DNA of 64,000 nucleotides from an uncultured Coprococcus sp. (GCA_964488185.1 CAZATW010000001.1:19582-83581), one strand, 5' to 3'; positions 20,086 to 30,116 are shown, counted from the stretch's first letter. Notes: generated by a model from the sequence alone, not told the origin. Numbers and translations: made by a program.

Positions 20086-20523
20086 TTACACCTGCTTTGT
20101 CAGCTTTGCAAGCAACGCATTGATAAAGCTCTTTGCATCCTGATCACAGTAAATCTTCGCCATCTCAACAGCCTCGTTTATGGCAACCTTTACCGGAATA
20201 TCATCATCATATTTCATCTCATATATAGCAAGCCTTAGTATGGCAAGCTCTGCCTTTCCTATACGGGCAAGCTTCCATCCCTCGGATATTTCTTCAATAA
20301 CCGCATCTATCTCGCTGTGCTTGTCCACGATATCAAGTACCCTGTCCGCTATATATTTCTTATTCTCTTCTGAATATTCAAGCTGTGTAAACAGCTCCTC
20401 ATCCTCTGCCGGTATTTCCCCGTTTAATGCCAGCTCAATCTGTTCCTTCATGTCTTCATCGGAATTAAATTCCAGACGAAACAATATTCTAAAAACCTTT
20501 TCTCTTAAATCTCTTCTGGTCAT
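20086..20523 (-). CDS. nusB: Transcription antitermination factor NusB
   Basis: 'AILRLAIYE', 'VAINEAVEMAKIY', 'FINALL'. Confidence 0.95.
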   Translation of the reverse strand: MTRRDLREKVFRILFRLEFNSDEDMKEQIELALNGEIPAEDEELFTQLEYSEENKKYIADRVLDIVDKHSEIDAVIEEISEGWKLARIGKAELAILRLAIYEMKYDDDIPVKVAINEAVEMAKIYCDQDAKSFINALLAKLTKQV

Positions 20524-20533
20524 ATGAACCTCT

Positions 20534-20911
20534 CTAGTTTGTATCAGCTACTCTGACACCTGCTATTCTGATATTTACTTCTTCAACAACAAGACCTGTC
20601 ATGGTCTCAATAGCCTGTTTCACTTTTTCCTGTACCTGTGAAGATACCGCAGGAATACTATACTCATAAAGCACTTCTATGCTTATATCTACCTTTACCT
20701 TGCCAGGTAACAATTCTACCTTAACTCCTTTTGCAGGATTTTTCTTGCCAAGCTTTGATGCCAGCTCGTTACTGAAGTTGCCGGTCAGCTTATATACACC
20801 CTCTACCTCGCTTGCGGCAAGTCCTGCTATTATCGCAACAACATCATCTGCTATCTGTACCTGTCCAAGGGAATTTTCCTCTTTTATATTATATACATTC
20901 TCTTCACTCAT
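20534..20911 (-). CDS. Asp23/Gls24 family envelope stress protein (YqhY-like)
   Basis: 'GQVQIADDVVAIIAGLAA', 'KGVKV', 'VQEKVK.AIETMTGL.V..VNI.I'. Start moved to MSEEN (20911), which has a GGAGG RBS. Confidence 0.9.
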   Translation of the reverse strand: MSEENVYNIKEENSLGQVQIADDVVAIIAGLAASEVEGVYKLTGNFSNELASKLGKKNPAKGVKVELLPGKVKVDISIEVLYEYSIPAVSSQVQEKVKQAIETMTGLVVEEVNIRIAGVRVADTN

Positions 20912-20956
20912 ACTAAATACCTCCAAAATATATAAAATATTCCACTCTAGCTTTCT

Positions 20957-20985
20957 ATTATAATCTGTCATACTAAACTTTGCAA
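20957..20985 (-). promoter_or_regulatory. Sigma-A promoter of the asp23-nusB-xseAB-ispA-dxs operon
   Basis: TTGCAA (20985-20980), 17 nt, TATAAT (20962-20957). Confidence 0.7.
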
Positions 20986-21010
20986 GTAAATGGTAATATC
21001 CCAATGACAA

Positions 21011-21099
21011 CTAAGCTCGCATGCCGCTCACTAAGACATCAGGTATATATTCTCACAGATTTCATGCTGCGCTCTCGCTTGTATGCATGAAGTGTTCAC
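21011..21099. repeat. Interspersed non-coding element, copy 1 (related to 53154-53230)
   Basis: CTAAGCTCG..CTAAG..CAG.TATAT.TTCTCAC-[hairpin TTCATGC/GCATGAA]-AAGTGTTCAC. Aligns block by block with the 53-kb copy. Confidence 0.7.
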
Positions 21100-21269
21100 C
21101 TGAAGCTGGAGTAATTGTTTTATTGCAGCAAAATATTCCTTGCAATTTTATTGTATACGTTTTTGAAAAGAATAATTTATCTCTAAAAATTTATTTTTAC
21201 TAATAAGGAACATTTCCGCAGATATGAACGGTATAGATATATCCGAAATACTAATAAGAATAAAATTGT

Positions 21270-21312
21270 AAAAATGCGCCTCCAGAGTTATAATCTCTGA
21301 CGGCGTACTTTT
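21270..21312 (-). terminator. Terminator of the spoIIIA operon
   Basis: Imperfect stem GCGCCTCCAGAG/CTCTGACGGCGT, with a T-run on the minus strand. Confidence 0.7.
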
Positions 21313-21342
21313 ACAATGATTTAATCAGCAGCCTATGTATGA

Positions 21343-21966
21343 CTATTTATTAGAAAGAACAGAAATGACAACCTGACTGATGTCATATCCGGTTTTACGA
21401 GTGACAATATCTTCTATCTGAGCTCTTTCAGTATCGCTTATGGTTTCTACATTAAGTGCCACGTCTACAGTTTCATCGCTGATTGTTACAATAGCTGCAT
21501 TATAGCCCTTTGCAGCGAGCAGCGTTTCGGCATTGGTTTCCTTTTCAATATTATCACTCAGTTTTACATATGCCGCTGTAGCCTCCTGCTTTGCAGATTC
21601 CTCAATGGCATCATCATTGATAATACTGAGCAGGTACTCCTTTGTTCTGGACCGGCTTTGCTCTCTGTTTAGCTGAACCATTGCAAGTGAATTATTAACT
21701 ACATCCGCATTTGTCAGCACGGCTTCGCCAATATCCTCCTCATCACTGTTTAACTGGATATTTTCCTCTATAGCTGCCTGTTCGAGACTCTTGTCCGCAG
21801 CTGTATTTTCCTCATAGCTGATGACCTCCATATCTGCCTTTTTACTGTCATCCTCTGTGGTCATTTTTTTCTTATTGCTTTCGTTGAAATTCAGGTATCC
21901 CGCTACCCCAATCATAACTGATAATGCCAGTATAACCAGTCTGTTTTTCTTAAATACCTTTTTCAT
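21343..21966 (-). CDS. spoIIIAH: Stage III sporulation protein AH
   Basis: N-terminal TM 'LALSVMIGVAGYLN', 'LNREQSRS', 'ETLLAAKGY', 'IEDIVTRKTG'. Last gene of the operon. Confidence 0.92.
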   Translation of the reverse strand: MKKVFKKNRLVILALSVMIGVAGYLNFNESNKKKMTTEDDSKKADMEVISYEENTAADKSLEQAAIEENIQLNSDEEDIGEAVLTNADVVNNSLAMVQLNREQSRSRTKEYLLSIINDDAIEESAKQEATAAYVKLSDNIEKETNAETLLAAKGYNAAIVTISDETVDVALNVETISDTERAQIEDIVTRKTGYDISQVVISVLSNK

Positions 21967-21978
21967 TCAGCCCTCCGC

Positions 21979-22566
21979 TTAATTTGATTCTAATACCACA
22001 ATTTTATGCACAGGCACGTCAAATAATGCCTGTACTGCTTCTGTTATCTTGAGAACGATGTCCGGATCTCCTCCACCTGTACAGCAAATCAGCACTCCTT
22101 CCACATTGGGCTCAAGTACCTGTTTTACATATGGTCCATTATAATCATCTGATACTGCGTTTACTGTTTCTTCATCATATGTACTTTGATTGCTTCCTTC
22201 ATCCGTTATACTGCTGTCTGACTTATCCTTTTCCACAATATTTTCCCCGTTATCCTTGAGCGTTATCATAACTTGAACATCCCCTACACCATTCATAGAG
22301 GATAGAAGCTCAGTCAGCCTGCTTTCAAGCTGTTTCGTGTAAGCCTCCGTCTGCGATAAACAGCTCTCAGTAGCATTACCCGCCTCCTTTTCCGGCATAT
22401 CTGCTGCATCGTCACCGCTTTTTAATGTATTACCGGAGGTAGGCCATACGATTATCATCAGACATATTCCTGCCAGCAGTAACATAACAAGATTTCGCAG
22501 CTTTCCGTTTTTTGCGTCAAACAGCCTCATTATTTTACTTTTTAATTCAGAATCCTCTTTTCCCAT
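21979..22566 (-). CDS. spoIIIAG: Stage III sporulation protein AG
   Basis: TM, then 'LESRL..LLS.M.GVGDV.VMITL', 'P.VEGVLI...GG', 'EAVQALFDVP.HKI.V'. Start moved to MGKE (22566), which has a GGAGGG RBS. Confidence 0.92.
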   Translation of the reverse strand: MGKEDSELKSKIMRLFDAKNGKLRNLVMLLLAGICLMIIVWPTSGNTLKSGDDAADMPEKEAGNATESCLSQTEAYTKQLESRLTELLSSMNGVGDVQVMITLKDNGENIVEKDKSDSSITDEGSNQSTYDEETVNAVSDDYNGPYVKQVLEPNVEGVLICCTGGGDPDIVLKITEAVQALFDVPVHKIVVLESN

Positions 22567-22579
22567 CTTCCCTCCACTA

Positions 22580-23020
22580 TCAATATATGATAACCATGTC
22601 CTCATTAATACCATATTTTAAAGACAGGTTATGCTTAATATCATTTTTTGTTTCTAAATCAACAGACTCCCCTGAAAGCTCTATTGTACTGATGCTTTCA
22701 TTTTCTTCCATATATACCTGAACCTGCATATCTAAATCAAACTCCCTTTCTAATTCATCACCTATAATGGCGGCAACCACATCGCTATAATAGGCATCCT
22801 CCGAACTTATATATTCTAAATCTGCTATCTCATACCTTATATTAAATGACAGATTCTCAGAAAATCCCAGCATCCGCACAATGGGATTTATAACGACAAT
22901 GAGCATTACAAATCCTATGGCTGTCTGAATATATTTTTTGTATTTTTCATTTGGCATGATATATAAGACAACGGAAAAAAATATTGTAAACACCAATATA
23001 CTTTTAATCCATTCACCCAT
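22580..23020 (-). CDS. spoIIIAF: Stage III sporulation protein AF
   Basis: 'WIKSI...YIMPNEKYKKYI...GF.MLIVVINPI'. Position in the operon fits. Confidence 0.88.
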   Translation of the reverse strand: MGEWIKSILVFTIFFSVVLYIMPNEKYKKYIQTAIGFVMLIVVINPIVRMLGFSENLSFNIRYEIADLEYISSEDAYYSDVVAAIIGDELEREFDLDMQVQVYMEENESISTIELSGESVDLETKNDIKHNLSLKYGINEDMVIIY

Positions 23021-23028
23021 AGTTTCTC

Positions 23029-24264
23029 CTATCTTGCAAACATAGTCAAAGCAGTAATGCTTATTATAAACATAAGTACAGCGATACCGGAGGTCTTAAA
23101 CAGCAACTCAATAGCCTCTGCCATGGATGCCACACCTTCTGAAAATCTTTTATCCCCCATAGGCTGTACAAGAGCGGCTATTGCCTTAAGTCCCATAAAC
23201 ATTAAAAAAATCTTTACCGCAGGAATCAGTGCGATAACGATAATAACAACCGCACCTGCTATTCCTATACAATTTTTTATAAACATCCCCGAACTGACCA
23301 AGACACTTGCCACAGTCTCTACGGCCGCACCACCTGCCATATTGCTTATTATTTTGATGGCACTGTTCCTTCCCAGCTTGTCCATTGATGGTGATATAAT
23401 TCCCTTTATGACGTTTATGCCTGTAATTGCCGCAAATATAGTCTTCATTATCCAACCTGCTATGCTTTTCAACAAATCAATCAGTTTAGAGAAATAATCT
23501 TCCGTATTCATCTTATTGACCAAACCGCATACCCCACTGCATTTTACTATGGGAAATACAATTTTCAGCAGAATATTCTCACATATAAATACCACAAGTA
23601 AAATGATTTCCCTTGAAAATACAGCAGTCTCCTGACCATTTGAATAAGCTGCCGCCATGGAATAAGCGGGTATAAAGGCTATCATAAATTCATTTATCCC
23701 TGATATAACTTCTATTGCAATTTCACTTGCAAGCGTGAAGCACGACAACAATAATGCTGCTAAAATCATATATGTAACAAAAAATCCATTTCCTCCTGCA
23801 TATCCGCCTATACGTCCTGACAGATTCGTAAATACAGTTCCCAGCATAATAACAGCCAATAATTGAACAAACAGCTTTTTGCTTTCTCCTAACTCATATA
23901 ACAGACTGTTATACAGCATTTGTCCTATAAGCCCGCCTAATTCTTTCAAATTTCCCGACTTTACAGCCTCAAAAATCTCCGTATATGTAACCTTGTTTTT
24001 ATCTTCAACAATAGAATCTAGCTTTTCAAATTCTTCCTCATATGTCTCATCTATAATAATGTCTCCATTCTGTATTTCAGATTGCCCGTATATTGTCTCT
24101 GCACTATTACAGCTGAATTTTTCATATGGCATATATGCGGTCTCTATAATATTAAAATTGTGGTTTCCTTTTCCTCCGGAATCAATGGCAGGTTGTACTT
24201 GATTAACGCACAGCATAATTGTAAATGCGGTTTTTATAACCATGCCACATATTCCGGATATCAT
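23029..24264 (-). CDS. spoIIIAE: Stage III sporulation protein AE
   Basis: Polytopic membrane protein, 'IKNCIGIAG', 'AALVQPMGDKR'. Position in the operon fits. Confidence 0.88.
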   Translation of the reverse strand: MISGICGMVIKTAFTIMLCVNQVQPAIDSGGKGNHNFNIIETAYMPYEKFSCNSAETIYGQSEIQNGDIIIDETYEEEFEKLDSIVEDKNKVTYTEIFEAVKSGNLKELGGLIGQMLYNSLLYELGESKKLFVQLLAVIMLGTVFTNLSGRIGGYAGGNGFFVTYMILAALLLSCFTLASEIAIEVISGINEFMIAFIPAYSMAAAYSNGQETAVFSREIILLVVFICENILLKIVFPIVKCSGVCGLVNKMNTEDYFSKLIDLLKSIAGWIMKTIFAAITGINVIKGIISPSMDKLGRNSAIKIISNMAGGAAVETVASVLVSSGMFIKNCIGIAGAVVIIVIALIPAVKIFLMFMGLKAIAALVQPMGDKRFSEGVASMAEAIELLFKTSGIAVLMFIISITALTMFAR

Positions 24265-24656
24265 GACACACCCCCTAGCAGCGCTACCACCAAATCAATT
24301 ACACTCATCAAAACAGGAATTCCAAGTGCAATCATAGATATCTTTCCTGCCATTTCTATTTGGGAAGCTACTGCACCATAGCCTGCATCCTTACATATAT
24401 TGGATGCAAACTCGCACACATAAGCAATACCAATCATTTTAAGAATGATTTCTATGTACATAACATCTATATCAATATAGGCGGTGATCCTGTCTATATA
24501 GCCAAATACACTTGACAATTTGTCAATTACAAAGAAAATAATTAACAAGCACGCTCCTATACTTAAAAGCGTGCTGTACTCAGGATTAATCTTATTCAGC
24601 TTTATTGCTATCATAACAACTATAACAACTGCAAGTACCAGTGATATAAGTGACAT
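24261..24656 (-). CDS. spoIIIAD: Stage III sporulation protein AD
   Basis: 'ILKMIGIAYVCEFASNICKDAG..AVASQIEMAGKI'. Confidence 0.93.
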   Translation of the reverse strand: MSLISLVLAVVIVVMIAIKLNKINPEYSTLLSIGACLLIIFFVIDKLSSVFGYIDRITAYIDIDVMYIEIILKMIGIAYVCEFASNICKDAGYGAVASQIEMAGKISMIALGIPVLMSVIDLVVALLGGVS

Positions 24657-24730
24657 GTAAAATTCCTTTCCTGCTATGAGTTATTCAAATATTACCGTGA
24701 TAATTGATTCATATCACCGACGTACAACCC

Positions 24731-24940
24731 CTATAGCATCAGCATTCCTATATTTACAAGCTCCATAATCTCACTAAACAAATCCTTTATATATGGTATA
24801 ATCCATGAAAGAACTATAATCAGACCTGCCAGATTCAGAAGATATGCGTGCTCCTCTTTGCCTGAATGTTTAAGCACCTGATTAAGAAGAGCCACCAATA
24901 TTCCAACTGCACCTATCTTAAATAAAATCTGGATTGTCAT
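24731..24940 (-). CDS. spoIIIAC: Stage III sporulation protein AC
   Basis: 'ILFKIGAVGILVA.LNQVLKHSGKEE.A...LAGLI.VL'. Confidence 0.93.
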   Translation of the reverse strand: MTIQILFKIGAVGILVALLNQVLKHSGKEEHAYLLNLAGLIIVLSWIIPYIKDLFSEIMELVNIGMLML

Positions 24941-24960
24941 ACATTAAACCGTCCCATCTT

Positions 24961-25482
24961 CTATAGCATTATAATAATTAAAAAAAGACCGCCCAAAATA
25001 CCCAATGAACCTGCGAGTTTTTTTATCTGACACGTCTTTTCTCTTTCACTTTCATATTCATGTTCTATGGCATGCTCCAGCAGCTCAAGCTGAGCAATCT
25101 GAGCATCAACATCCATATGGCCAAGGATTCCCCCCAGCTTTTCTATATACAACAAATGTTTTTTTTCAAGGCGGCTTTCTTCTTTTAGTCTTCGCATACT
25201 AATATTCCATGCTTCCTGAAACGAAAGCCCATATCCATTTTCTAATAGCTGCGCCATACCTGAACACAATTCTCCTATACTCCCTTTTAGCCTTGGTGCC
25301 ATATCCGCAAATGCCTCCGGAAGCTCATTTATGGCATATCTAAGTTCACTCTTTATCAATCTTAGCATGGAAAGCAGTTCTTCCAGTTCATTTACAAGAA
25401 TCACCTGATTCCTGCCTATGGTTTGTCCTATTCCTGCGGAGGCAGTAAGCACCAATATACCTCCGGCAATTTTAATTAACAT
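24961..25482 (-). CDS. spoIIIAB: Stage III sporulation protein AB
   Basis: 'IKIAGGILV', 'KSELRY', 'LG..LG..D...Q', 'SLGILGGLFLII'. Confidence 0.9.
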   Translation of the reverse strand: MLIKIAGGILVLTASAGIGQTIGRNQVILVNELEELLSMLRLIKSELRYAINELPEAFADMAPRLKGSIGELCSGMAQLLENGYGLSFQEAWNISMRRLKEESRLEKKHLLYIEKLGGILGHMDVDAQIAQLELLEHAIEHEYESEREKTCQIKKLAGSLGILGGLFLIIIML

Positions 25483-26480
25483 AACGTATCTCCTCCATAT
25501 AGGACCGTACCCCGCTGGTCAAATATGGCAGACACACGTCCGACCTCTCCGGTGCCACGCAGCACAATATATCTTTCAAATATACGCTCATCGATCAGTT
25601 TGCGGATTCCCGGTCTGTTTTTTATATCCTCTACCCCATTTCCATGTATCGTTGCTATCAATTTACAACCGCAATTAATAACACTATATACAGCATCTAT
25701 GTCCTTATATCCCCCCAACTCATCTACGGCTATAACCTGCGGTGACATGGAACGAATCAGCATAAGCATACCATATGCTTTGGGACAACCGTCTAATATA
25801 TCTGTTCTTATTCCTACGTCATTTTGTGGAATTCCCTTGTAACAGGCACCAATCTCACTTCGTTCATCTACCACGCCTACAGTCATACCGGGAAGCAGCT
25901 CACTCCCATCAGACAGATTTCTGATTATATCCCTAAGCAGTGTAGTCTTGCCACATCTCGGAGGTGATATAATAAGCGTATGTGCAATTTCCTTATGTAA
26001 CGAAATAAAGGGCATAACCTTCTGGCTACATCCCTTTATCTCATGTGACATCCTAATATTTATAAATGATATGTGTCGTACACATTTTATATTATCGTTT
26101 TCCAAAACAACTTTGCCCGCAAGTCCTATACGATGTCCGCCCTGTATCGTTATAAATCCCTGCCTTACCTCATCCTCATAAGCATAAAGTGAATAATTGC
26201 TGATATGCTCCAAGGTATCATCTACATCTGCTGATGTAACCGTTACAACACCATGTCTGTTCCGTTTAAGCCGACCTTCTTCGCCGATAAAATATTCTCT
26301 GTTGCAGTATATAATAATTACAGGTTCATTTACACGAAGCCGAATCTCCTGCAGCTCACTCCACATAATATCGATTTTGCTTATGATATTTTTCAACCGT
26401 ACTGAAAGAATACGCAAAATCTCTTGCGCATGTACATCATTTTCTCTTCGTTCCTTAGGCGGCATCATCAGATTGTCCAC
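25476..26480 (-). CDS. spoIIIAA: Stage III sporulation protein AA (ATPase)
   Basis: 'QEIRLR', 'QGFITIQGGHRIG', Walker A 'SPPRCGKTT', 'VDERSEI', 'RSMSPQVIAVDELG'. Confidence 0.96.
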   Translation of the reverse strand: MDNLMMPPKERRENDVHAQEILRILSVRLKNIISKIDIMWSELQEIRLRVNEPVIIIYCNREYFIGEEGRLKRNRHGVVTVTSADVDDTLEHISNYSLYAYEDEVRQGFITIQGGHRIGLAGKVVLENDNIKCVRHISFINIRMSHEIKGCSQKVMPFISLHKEIAHTLIISPPRCGKTTLLRDIIRNLSDGSELLPGMTVGVVDERSEIGACYKGIPQNDVGIRTDILDGCPKAYGMLMLIRSMSPQVIAVDELGGYKDIDAVYSVINCGCKLIATIHGNGVEDIKNRPGIRKLIDERIFERYIVLRGTGEVGRVSAIFDQRGTVLYGGDTLC

Positions 26481-26624
26481 TTTTTCAACTCCTTATACAC
26501 TCATCATACAACAAGCTTATATCATTACAATTATTTTGTATATATAATATATATTCAGCTCTCCCTTCCGTTATGCATGATATAAATTTCTTTGGAAATT
26601 TCATTTAACCTTTTGCCAAAGTTA

Positions 26625-26664
26625 CAAAAAAACAGGTACACACAACATCTGCGTATACCTGTTT
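26625..26664 (-). terminator. Terminator after efp
   Basis: AAACAGGTA...TACCTGTTT inverted repeat, with a T-run on the minus strand. Confidence 0.7.
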
Positions 26665-26695
26665 GCTTAAATTGCATTTCTCTGTACTATTATCA

Positions 26696-27262
26696 TTATA
26701 CTCTTGAAAGATACTCACCTGTTCTTGTATCAATCTTAATGGTATCACCTTCATTAACAAAAAGCGGTACATAAACCGTAGCACCCGTCTCAACAGTACA
26801 TGGCTTTGTAGCGCCTGTAGCCGTATCACCCTTAACGCCCGGCTCACATTCTGTAATAAGCAGTTCTACAAAGAGCGGCGGTTCAACTGCAAATACTGAG
26901 CCATTATGAGAACAAATCTTACACTCATCATTCTCTTTAACAAACTTCAAGGAATCACCTATTGCCTCTGCACTTATAGGAATCTGGTCATATGTTTCCG
27001 GATCCATGAAGTAATATAACTCACCGTCATTGTAAAGATACTGCATGTCCTTTCTCTCGATATGGGCCTTCTCACACTTCTCGGTCGGACGGAAAGACTT
27101 TTCAACTACACCGCCGTTTTTGATATTCTTAAGCTTTGTTCTAACGAATGCTGCCCCCTTACCAGGCTTAACATGCTGAAACTCTATAATCTGATAAATG
27201 TTACCCTCAAACTCTATTGTAACACCATTTCTAAAATCGCCTGCTGAGATCATCTCTGCCAT
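26696..27262 (-). CDS. efp: Elongation factor P
   Basis: '[14 protein letters not shown]', 'PGVKGDTA', '[20 protein letters not shown]'. Start moved to 27262, which has an AAGGAGG RBS. Confidence 0.97.
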   Translation of the reverse strand: MAEMISAGDFRNGVTIEFEGNIYQIIEFQHVKPGKGAAFVRTKLKNIKNGGVVEKSFRPTEKCEKAHIERKDMQYLYNDGELYYFMDPETYDQIPISAEAIGDSLKFVKENDECKICSHNGSVFAVEPPLFVELLITECEPGVKGDTATGATKPCTVETGATVYVPLFVNEGDTIKIDTRTGEYLSRV

Positions 27263-27427
27263 AACAATATAATCCTCCTTAAGATATAAACTTCTTGTCA
27301 CATTTTATAATATATATCAGAATATTTCAACTACTTTTTACCAAATGCGCGCACCCTGCCCCAAGATTTCATAGGTCTATTTCTAAATTGCTGCCCAATA
27401 ATCTCTCTTTATACCTATATTTCTTTT

Positions 27428-28486
27428 TTATAAAACCAACAGATTTTTTTCAGACCCGGTAAGATTCATACAGCCGTTTTCAGTTACAACTATCAAATCC
27501 TCAATTCTGACACCAAACTGTCCCGGTAAATATATTCCCGGCTCAACCGTTATTACCATTCCCGGTTCAAGCACCGTATTACATTTTGGCGAAAATCTTG
27601 GATTTTCATGAATAAATAAACCAACCGAATGTCCCAGTCCATGTCCAAAGAGGTTGCCATAACCCGCATCTCTAATGATATTTCTGGCGATTCTATCTAT
27701 CTCACTGCACAAAATCCCTGGTTTTATTGCCTTAATGGCTTCAAGCTGTGCTTTTAATACGATATCATATACACTCTCCTGCATGCTGCTAATCTTTCCA
27801 ATTCCGACTGTTCTTGTCATATCAGAACAATACCCCTGATAAATGCAGCCGAAATCCATTGTAACAAATTCTCCAAGCGCAAGAGTTTTATCCGTTGGTA
27901 TCGCATGTGGCATAGAAGAATTCTTACCCGATGCGGCTATTGTGTCAAAACTCAAGCCTTCTGCGCCGTTCTTTTTCATGAAATATTCCAATTCCAATGC
28001 AATATCCTTCTCGGAAATCCCCGGCTTTAAATACTTTAATATATGATTAAATGCTGCATCTCCAATACCTTCCGCAGTCCTCAGATTCTCAATTTCTTCA
28101 TCAGTCTTAATAATCCTAAGCTCATCTATGGATTCACCCAGTTCTACAAAACTTACATCAGCTAAACTTTTTTTCAATTCCACGTATGCCTTATAGCTTA
28201 TACTGTTGTTTTCAAATCCCAGCTTTTTAACATCCCCAGAAATCAATTTTGAAAGTGTTTTACCATAACCACTACTATCTATATCAATACATTCATATCC
28301 TTTAGATTCCTTTTCCACCTGCTCAGTATACCTTGAATCTGTCAATATATATTTGTTATATGCTGTATAAAGCAGCATACCCTCACCGCGATAACCTGCA
28401 ATATACCGCATATTATATTTGTCAGTTATCAAAACGGCATCAAGATTTTTCGTTTTTCTGATAACTTCAAGCCTTAAAGCGTCCAT
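27428..28486 (-). CDS. Xaa-Pro aminopeptidase (M24B)
   Basis: '[14 protein letters not shown]', '[14 protein letters not shown]', 'VEPGIY', 'GVRIED'. Lies upstream of efp. Confidence 0.93.
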   Translation of the reverse strand: MDALRLEVIRKTKNLDAVLITDKYNMRYIAGYRGEGMLLYTAYNKYILTDSRYTEQVEKESKGYECIDIDSSGYGKTLSKLISGDVKKLGFENNSISYKAYVELKKSLADVSFVELGESIDELRIIKTDEEIENLRTAEGIGDAAFNHILKYLKPGISEKDIALELEYFMKKNGAEGLSFDTIAASGKNSSMPHAIPTDKTLALGEFVTMDFGCIYQGYCSDMTRTVGIGKISSMQESVYDIVLKAQLEAIKAIKPGILCSEIDRIARNIIRDAGYGNLFGHGLGHSVGLFIHENPRFSPKCNTVLEPGMVITVEPGIYLPGQFGVRIEDLIVVTENGCMNLTGSEKNLLVL

Positions 28487-29837
28487 TCATAACCTCCTCT
28501 ACAATATCGGATACGGGCTTTCCTGTAACAGATATACTCACATCAGCTCCCTGTTCATAAATAGGGCTTCTGTAAACCATTAGTTCTCGTATTTTCTTCT
28601 CTGGGTTGTCTCCCTGAAGAAGTGGTCTTGTTGTATCACCGGACAGTCTGCACATTACCTCCTCCGGTTCTACGTTCAAATAAACAACATATCCAAGAGA
28701 TTTAAGTGTTTTCTGATTTTCCTCACGTAAAGGCAATCCGCCACCTGTCGATATAACAGTATTGGAAAGGGTCGCATTCAGCTCTGCAAGAACATTTGTC
28801 TCGAGATTTCTAAAATAATCCTCTCCCCTTGTCCTAAATATCTCACTGATAGCAATACCAGCCTTTTCTTCAATCACTTGGTCAGTATCTACCAATTTAT
28901 AACCATACTTCTCTGCCAAAGCCGCACCAACAGTTGATTTGCCACAACCCATAAAGCCTGTAAGAACAATATTATTTCTTATCGTTTTAAGTAATTTCTG
29001 ATATACAACATCCGCAACCGACTCATCAACAGAAATATTATTCCACAATTCATATGCTATAATTCCCTGATACAACAGCATTTTCAGTCCATTATAGGCT
29101 TTTGCACCCGCTTCTCTGCATCTTTTCATAAAACTTGTTTCAAATGGATTGTAAACCAAATCTATACCTGTAGCAACCAGTTTATAAAAGTCTTCATCTG
29201 CTATAACGGCAGCATCATCATTAGGGTGAAGTCCTATCGATGTAGACTGAAACACGATATATTTCTTTTGCTCCAACTTTCTATAGTCTGAAAGCTCTCC
29301 TGCCGAAATAGTATCGCTTTCAAAACGCTTATTCATATAATTAGCGATATCCTCAGCCTTCGATTTCGTTCTGTTAAAAATATAGACATGAGATACCTTT
29401 TCTCTCATGCACATATAAGCCACAGCCTTTGCCGCACCGCCTGCGCCAAGAATAATCACATCCTGCCCTTCAAGCACTATGCCATAGGATTTTACTTCAC
29501 GAAGAAGTCCTAACATATCCGTATTATAACCTTTATAACCTCCTGATGTCCTAACCAGTGTATTGACTGCACCTATTGCCTTGCCTCCATCATCTATATC
29601 ACACAGATATTCCATAATATGATTTTTATGTGGCACAGTCGCATTTAGGCCTAATATATTCAATTCATATGCACCCTTCACTGCCTGCTCAAGGCCTTGC
29701 TCTCTGGTATGAAATGGTACATATACATCATTTATACCCAAAAGTTCACTCAATGTATTATGTATAACAGGTGACATAGTGTGTTCCACAGGGTCACCAA
29801 GCAAGCCGATCAGTCTTGTCCTACCATCTATATTCAT
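28467..29837 (-). CDS. aroE/aroK: Fused shikimate dehydrogenase (N-term) and shikimate kinase (C-term)
   Basis: 'G.PVEHTMSP', 'NATVPHK', 'GAVNT', 'NTD', 'LGAGGAA'; then Walker A 'GFMGCGKST', 'GEDYFRNLE', 'STGGG', 'RPLL'. Confidence 0.93.
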   Translation of the reverse strand: MNIDGRTRLIGLLGDPVEHTMSPVIHNTLSELLGINDVYVPFHTREQGLEQAVKGAYELNILGLNATVPHKNHIMEYLCDIDDGGKAIGAVNTLVRTSGGYKGYNTDMLGLLREVKSYGIVLEGQDVIILGAGGAAKAVAYMCMREKVSHVYIFNRTKSKAEDIANYMNKRFESDTISAGELSDYRKLEQKKYIVFQSTSIGLHPNDDAAVIADEDFYKLVATGIDLVYNPFETSFMKRCREAGAKAYNGLKMLLYQGIIAYELWNNISVDESVADVVYQKLLKTIRNNIVLTGFMGCGKSTVGAALAEKYGYKLVDTDQVIEEKAGIAISEIFRTRGEDYFRNLETNVLAELNATLSNTVISTGGGLPLREENQKTLKSLGYVVYLNVEPEEVMCRLSGDTTRPLLQGDNPEKKIRELMVYRSPIYEQGADVSISVTGKPVSDIVEEVMNGRFKA

Positions 29838-29860
29838 TACGTTCGTTTCCTTTCTGCAAT

Positions 29861-30017
29861 GCCATGCACCTCGCCTGCGGCTCGGTCGCGGGCTTTCGCA
29901 CTTTGCGGCTCATTACTTCGCCATGCACCTCGCCTGCGGCTCGGTCGCGGGCTTTCGCACTTTGCGGCTCATTACTTCGCCATGCACCTCGCCTGCGGCT
30001 CGGTCGCGGGCTTTCGC
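29861..30017. repeat. GC-rich 59-bp tandem repeat, about 2.7 copies
   Basis: Unit GCCATGCACCTCGCCTGCGGCTCGGTCGCGGGCTTTCGCACTTTGCGGCTCATTACTTC starts at 29861, 29920 and 29979. The third copy is truncated after 39 bp. Confidence 0.95.
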
Positions 30018-30022
30018 CCTAT

Positions 30023-30082
30023 ATCAGATAATATAAGCAAAGTCTTGTCTGCAAGCAGCCGACTTTGTTTATATTATCTGAT
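30023..30082. repeat. 22-bp near-perfect inverted repeat (long hairpin)
   Basis: ATCAGATAATATAAGCAAAGTC (30023-30044) and GACTTTGTTTATATTATCTGAT (30061-30082), with one G-T pair and a 16-nt loop. Confidence 0.9.
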
Positions 30083-30106
30083 GCATGGCTCATTGTCTAC
30101 GCGCAT

Positions 30107-30115
30107 ATTTTACCA
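30107..30115 (-). promoter_or_regulatory. Candidate extended -10 promoter for aroE/K-pepP
   Basis: TG-G-TAAAAT directly after the pilus-operon terminator. Confidence 0.35.
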
Positions 30116-30116
30116 T

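Noticed and set aside
29861-30017. 59-bp repeats as a CRISPR array
   Set aside because: The units are contiguous and identical, with no unique spacers, and no cas genes are in the window.
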